Assembly: GCA_963514005.1 (NCBI GenBank)
Contig: OY740783.1
Coordinates: 97,774,001 to 97,838,000, forward strand
Reading direction: 5' to 3'
Source: Raja brachyura
Taxonomy: Eukaryota
Length of the DNA: 64,000 nucleotides
Part shown: positions 62,719 to 64,000 of the stretch, piece after piece
Numbering within the stretch: position 1 is the stretch's first letter
Layout of the letters: every line of letters begins with the position of its first letter
Position numbers and translations under genes: made by a program
The notes under the pieces: model-generated
Told to the model about the DNA's origin: nothing
Database searches by the model: none
What the model saw: the letters and a program-made list of their open reading frames with translations, nothing else

Positions 62719-63879
62719 GTTTGTAGATTGCGTTGTGTAGACTTTCAATTAATCCTGTTGATTGATCTCACCCGTGGCTAAACTTTATTGTACATTAACA
62801 GCCCTCTAGGTGGTGAAATCCTTCCTCACCTAAGTGGATGGCCCTTTATCCAGACTCTATGAATGGCTGCATTTAATTAAAAGTCTTTCTTTCCTTTTAT
62901 ATATTCCCTGGTAGTCTACACTGAGAACATTTTAGCAGTCGTATTACCATGGGCTCCTTCATGTCTCATTTAAACTTTTGTGGTCACAAATGACTATGTC
63001 AGTTTGTATGTTAATCGAGATCACGGTGTAACATTGTTTAAGGAGCCGCAAAAGAAAGTTAAACATTGTAAACTGCTTCAGTTTTGATGGTAATTGCACT
63101 GTCAGGCACATATTGATTATATTATAACATAGATTGAAATAAAATTGCACAGGAAAAGACTCAGGAAATTAGTTAATTGCAGCTTCCCTGATTGGGGCTC
63201 ATGGATTTTGTTCCGATTACCCTACTTTGTAATCTATATTTTGTGTTTTGTGACAAGTATTTACATTTAATTTCATAAATGTTATGTAAAGGACGATGAT
63301 TGGAATGATGTATATATTTTTTAGAGAAAACGTTTCATTTCAGGACCCCAAGAAGCCTCAAAGTAAACTGTAGTTGGGGAAGTAGCATTTCAAATGTGGT
63401 CATTATACACAGAGAGATCCCACAAATGGTACCTGGATACGGATGGCTCATTTGTTTTCATTGATAATGTTTGAAAGATGAATGTCTGGCCGAACGCTGC
63501 ATTCCCTCCATATTATGCCATGGGATCTTTGATGATTGTTGGAAAGAACAGCCAAACTAGGTTTTGTGCTCAAGCCACTGGAGTCAAACTGACACTCTCA
63601 GCCTCTTGCCTCAGAAGCGAAGGGGCTCTCCGCTCAGCCACACTTGGCAATGCCACAGTCAGAGGTCCAGAACTGTGTCAGGGATGAGGGATGCCACAGA
63701 TAGACAGGAGGAGCTCACATATGATTAAGGAGCATACACAATGCAGCAACCGGCCACATGGCCCAAATAGTCCATGACAGTCACACCACTTCCCACCATT
63801 TCTCACCCAAATGCATCTCCTTTTTCCCTGTTGTGTTTGTCCAACTTCCCCATAAGTGCTTCTCTGCTATTTACCCCAA

Positions 63880-64000
63880 CTACTGGACGCCTGGATTAGG
63901 AAGTATTATCTACAGGGAGAGGTTGGACAGACTTAAATAATTTTCTCTGGAATGGCAGAGGTTGCGGAGGGTAAACAGTCAGAACCTTTTTCCCATGGAT
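63880..64000 (+). mobile_element. Old CR1 fragment running off the right edge
   Basis: PGLGSIIYRERLDRL. Confidence 0.6.

Noticed and set aside
60731-64000. The next PGM5 exon (expected GLR.IF..SRL.FRLS)
   Set aside because: No matching translation seen before the window end.

Overview
Eukaryotic, repeat-dense vertebrate DNA. The repeat mix (HE1-type V-SINEs, CR1/HER1-type LINEs, Penelope, DeuSINE relics) suggests a cartilaginous fish, probably a skate or ray; this is an inference. The only host gene I can support is three + strand coding exons (30962-31077, 53267-53402, 60547-60730) of a phosphoglucomutase-family gene. They join in frame across canonical GT-AG introns and best match PGM5; everything else is intronic. 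The introns hold many, often nested, transposable elements. These include the 5' part of a DIRS-type element, many CR1 fragments, two Penelope insertions with target-site duplications (TSDs) and hammerhead-ribozyme-like cores, and a full-length Passport-like Tc1. There is also a near-complete young Mag-like Gypsy element with a CR1 inserted in its primer-binding site, a Rex1 with an internal self-duplication, an L1-clade fragment with a perfect 18-bp TSD, four Harbinger-type MITEs, a hAT MITE, an RTE relic and a 1.2-kb purine tract. I found no clearly new biological system. The best leads are the dispersed minimal hammerhead motifs, the unusual retrotransposition structures, the PGM1/PGM5-intermediate protein sequence and a few repeat-free candidate enhancers. 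No searches were run: family names come from motif recognition, and edges of degraded repeats are approximate.
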